A stretch of 64,000 nucleotides of DNA, from assembly GCA_013239625.1 (NCBI GenBank), contig MU053487.1:701058-765057 (forward strand), written 5' to 3'. A program made the translations under genes and the position numbers. The DNA comes from Lama guanicoe. Taxonomy: Eukaryota. The notes below the pieces were generated by a model that saw nothing but the letters and a program-made list of their open reading frames with translations, had not been told where the DNA came from and did not search any database. Shown in pieces: positions 63,242-64,000 of the stretch (position 1 is the first letter of the stretch; the number at the start of each line of letters is the position of its first letter).

Positions 63242-64000
63242 CTAAAATTGCATCAGAATTTTGTTTGGGATTCTGTTAAATATATGTTAAATGATCTTGG
63301 CAGAATTGGCATTTGTGCAGTATTTCATGTGTGCATCCATCAGTGAGGTATAGTTCAGTCTTCATAGTGATCACCTGGTTACATTTTGAGGATTACTCTA
63401 GTAGTTTTAGACACCCTATCTCCTTCATTGTGCTCTGTAAACTTCCCTTTTGTGTGTTGCTATGGTGAACAGGACTTCCCTTTGCCCAGATTCCTTCCTA
63501 GTCCATTTTTCGAACAAGTTATTGCTTGATGTCCTTAATTCTTTATGAAAATTTATTCCCTAATGTAATCTTAATTTGGCATCCACTCTACAAGGAGAAA
63601 CATATGCTGGCAACATGTGGTGAATGCAGCTCCCAGGGAATCAGCCCAGCTATGCCATATTGAGAAATCTCCACTTGCATTATTTATTTGAAAAGATGCA
63701 AAAATGCTGAGCACTGAGATGACCTTCAGTGCTTATGAAAGGTTGCTGAATACTACATTTGACCTAGTTTTCTCAGTGTCCTGAGCAGAAGGACACCCAG
63801 CAGTCCAGGAGCTGCCCTGGCAAAGGGAAGTGGCAGATGGGCCTGGGGTGGAGGCAAAGCTTTGCTTAGGGACCCTGCACAGTCCCTCTCTCCAGATGAT
63901 TGATTAATTTCTACTCCAGCACATTGCAGGTTGTGATCCTTTTACTTCTACTCTCACGAGGCAGAGGAAGGGGCATGGGGTTGAGAAGCAGGAGGCCTGG

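Noticed and set aside
1..64000. CRISPR array, operon or other prokaryote-type system; rRNA/snRNA genes; a named host gene
   Set aside because: The sequence is mammalian with no regularly spaced repeats or recognisable structural RNA genes, and no coding exon was available to identify a host gene.

Overview
Mammalian, repeat-rich, essentially non-coding genomic DNA, most likely from a camelid (three copies of a tRNA-derived SINE matching the camelid vic-1 type, plus lineage-young L1 3' ends). No intact cellular protein-coding exon could be recognised. The only clear gene-derived sequence is a full-length processed pseudogene of RPL10A (28052-28792, minus strand) with its 5'TOP motif, poly(A) signal, A-rich tail and 16-bp target-site duplication (TSD); the start codon is lost (ATG>GTG) and codon 205 is a premature stop. 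A CpG-rich, promoter-like segment at ~7.87-8.78 kb directly abuts a MER41-like solo ERV1 LTR. Downstream of it most L1/SINE/retrocopy insertions are on the minus strand and there are a few plausible plus-strand exons, which suggests, but does not prove, a long plus-strand transcription unit that I cannot name. The rest is LINE (L1, L2), MIR, MaLR/ERVL/ERV1 LTRs, DNA-transposon fossils (MER5A, MER53, MER81, Tigger-like) and microsatellites. I found no convincing novel biological system. Repeat family names come from recalled consensus sequences, not a database search.
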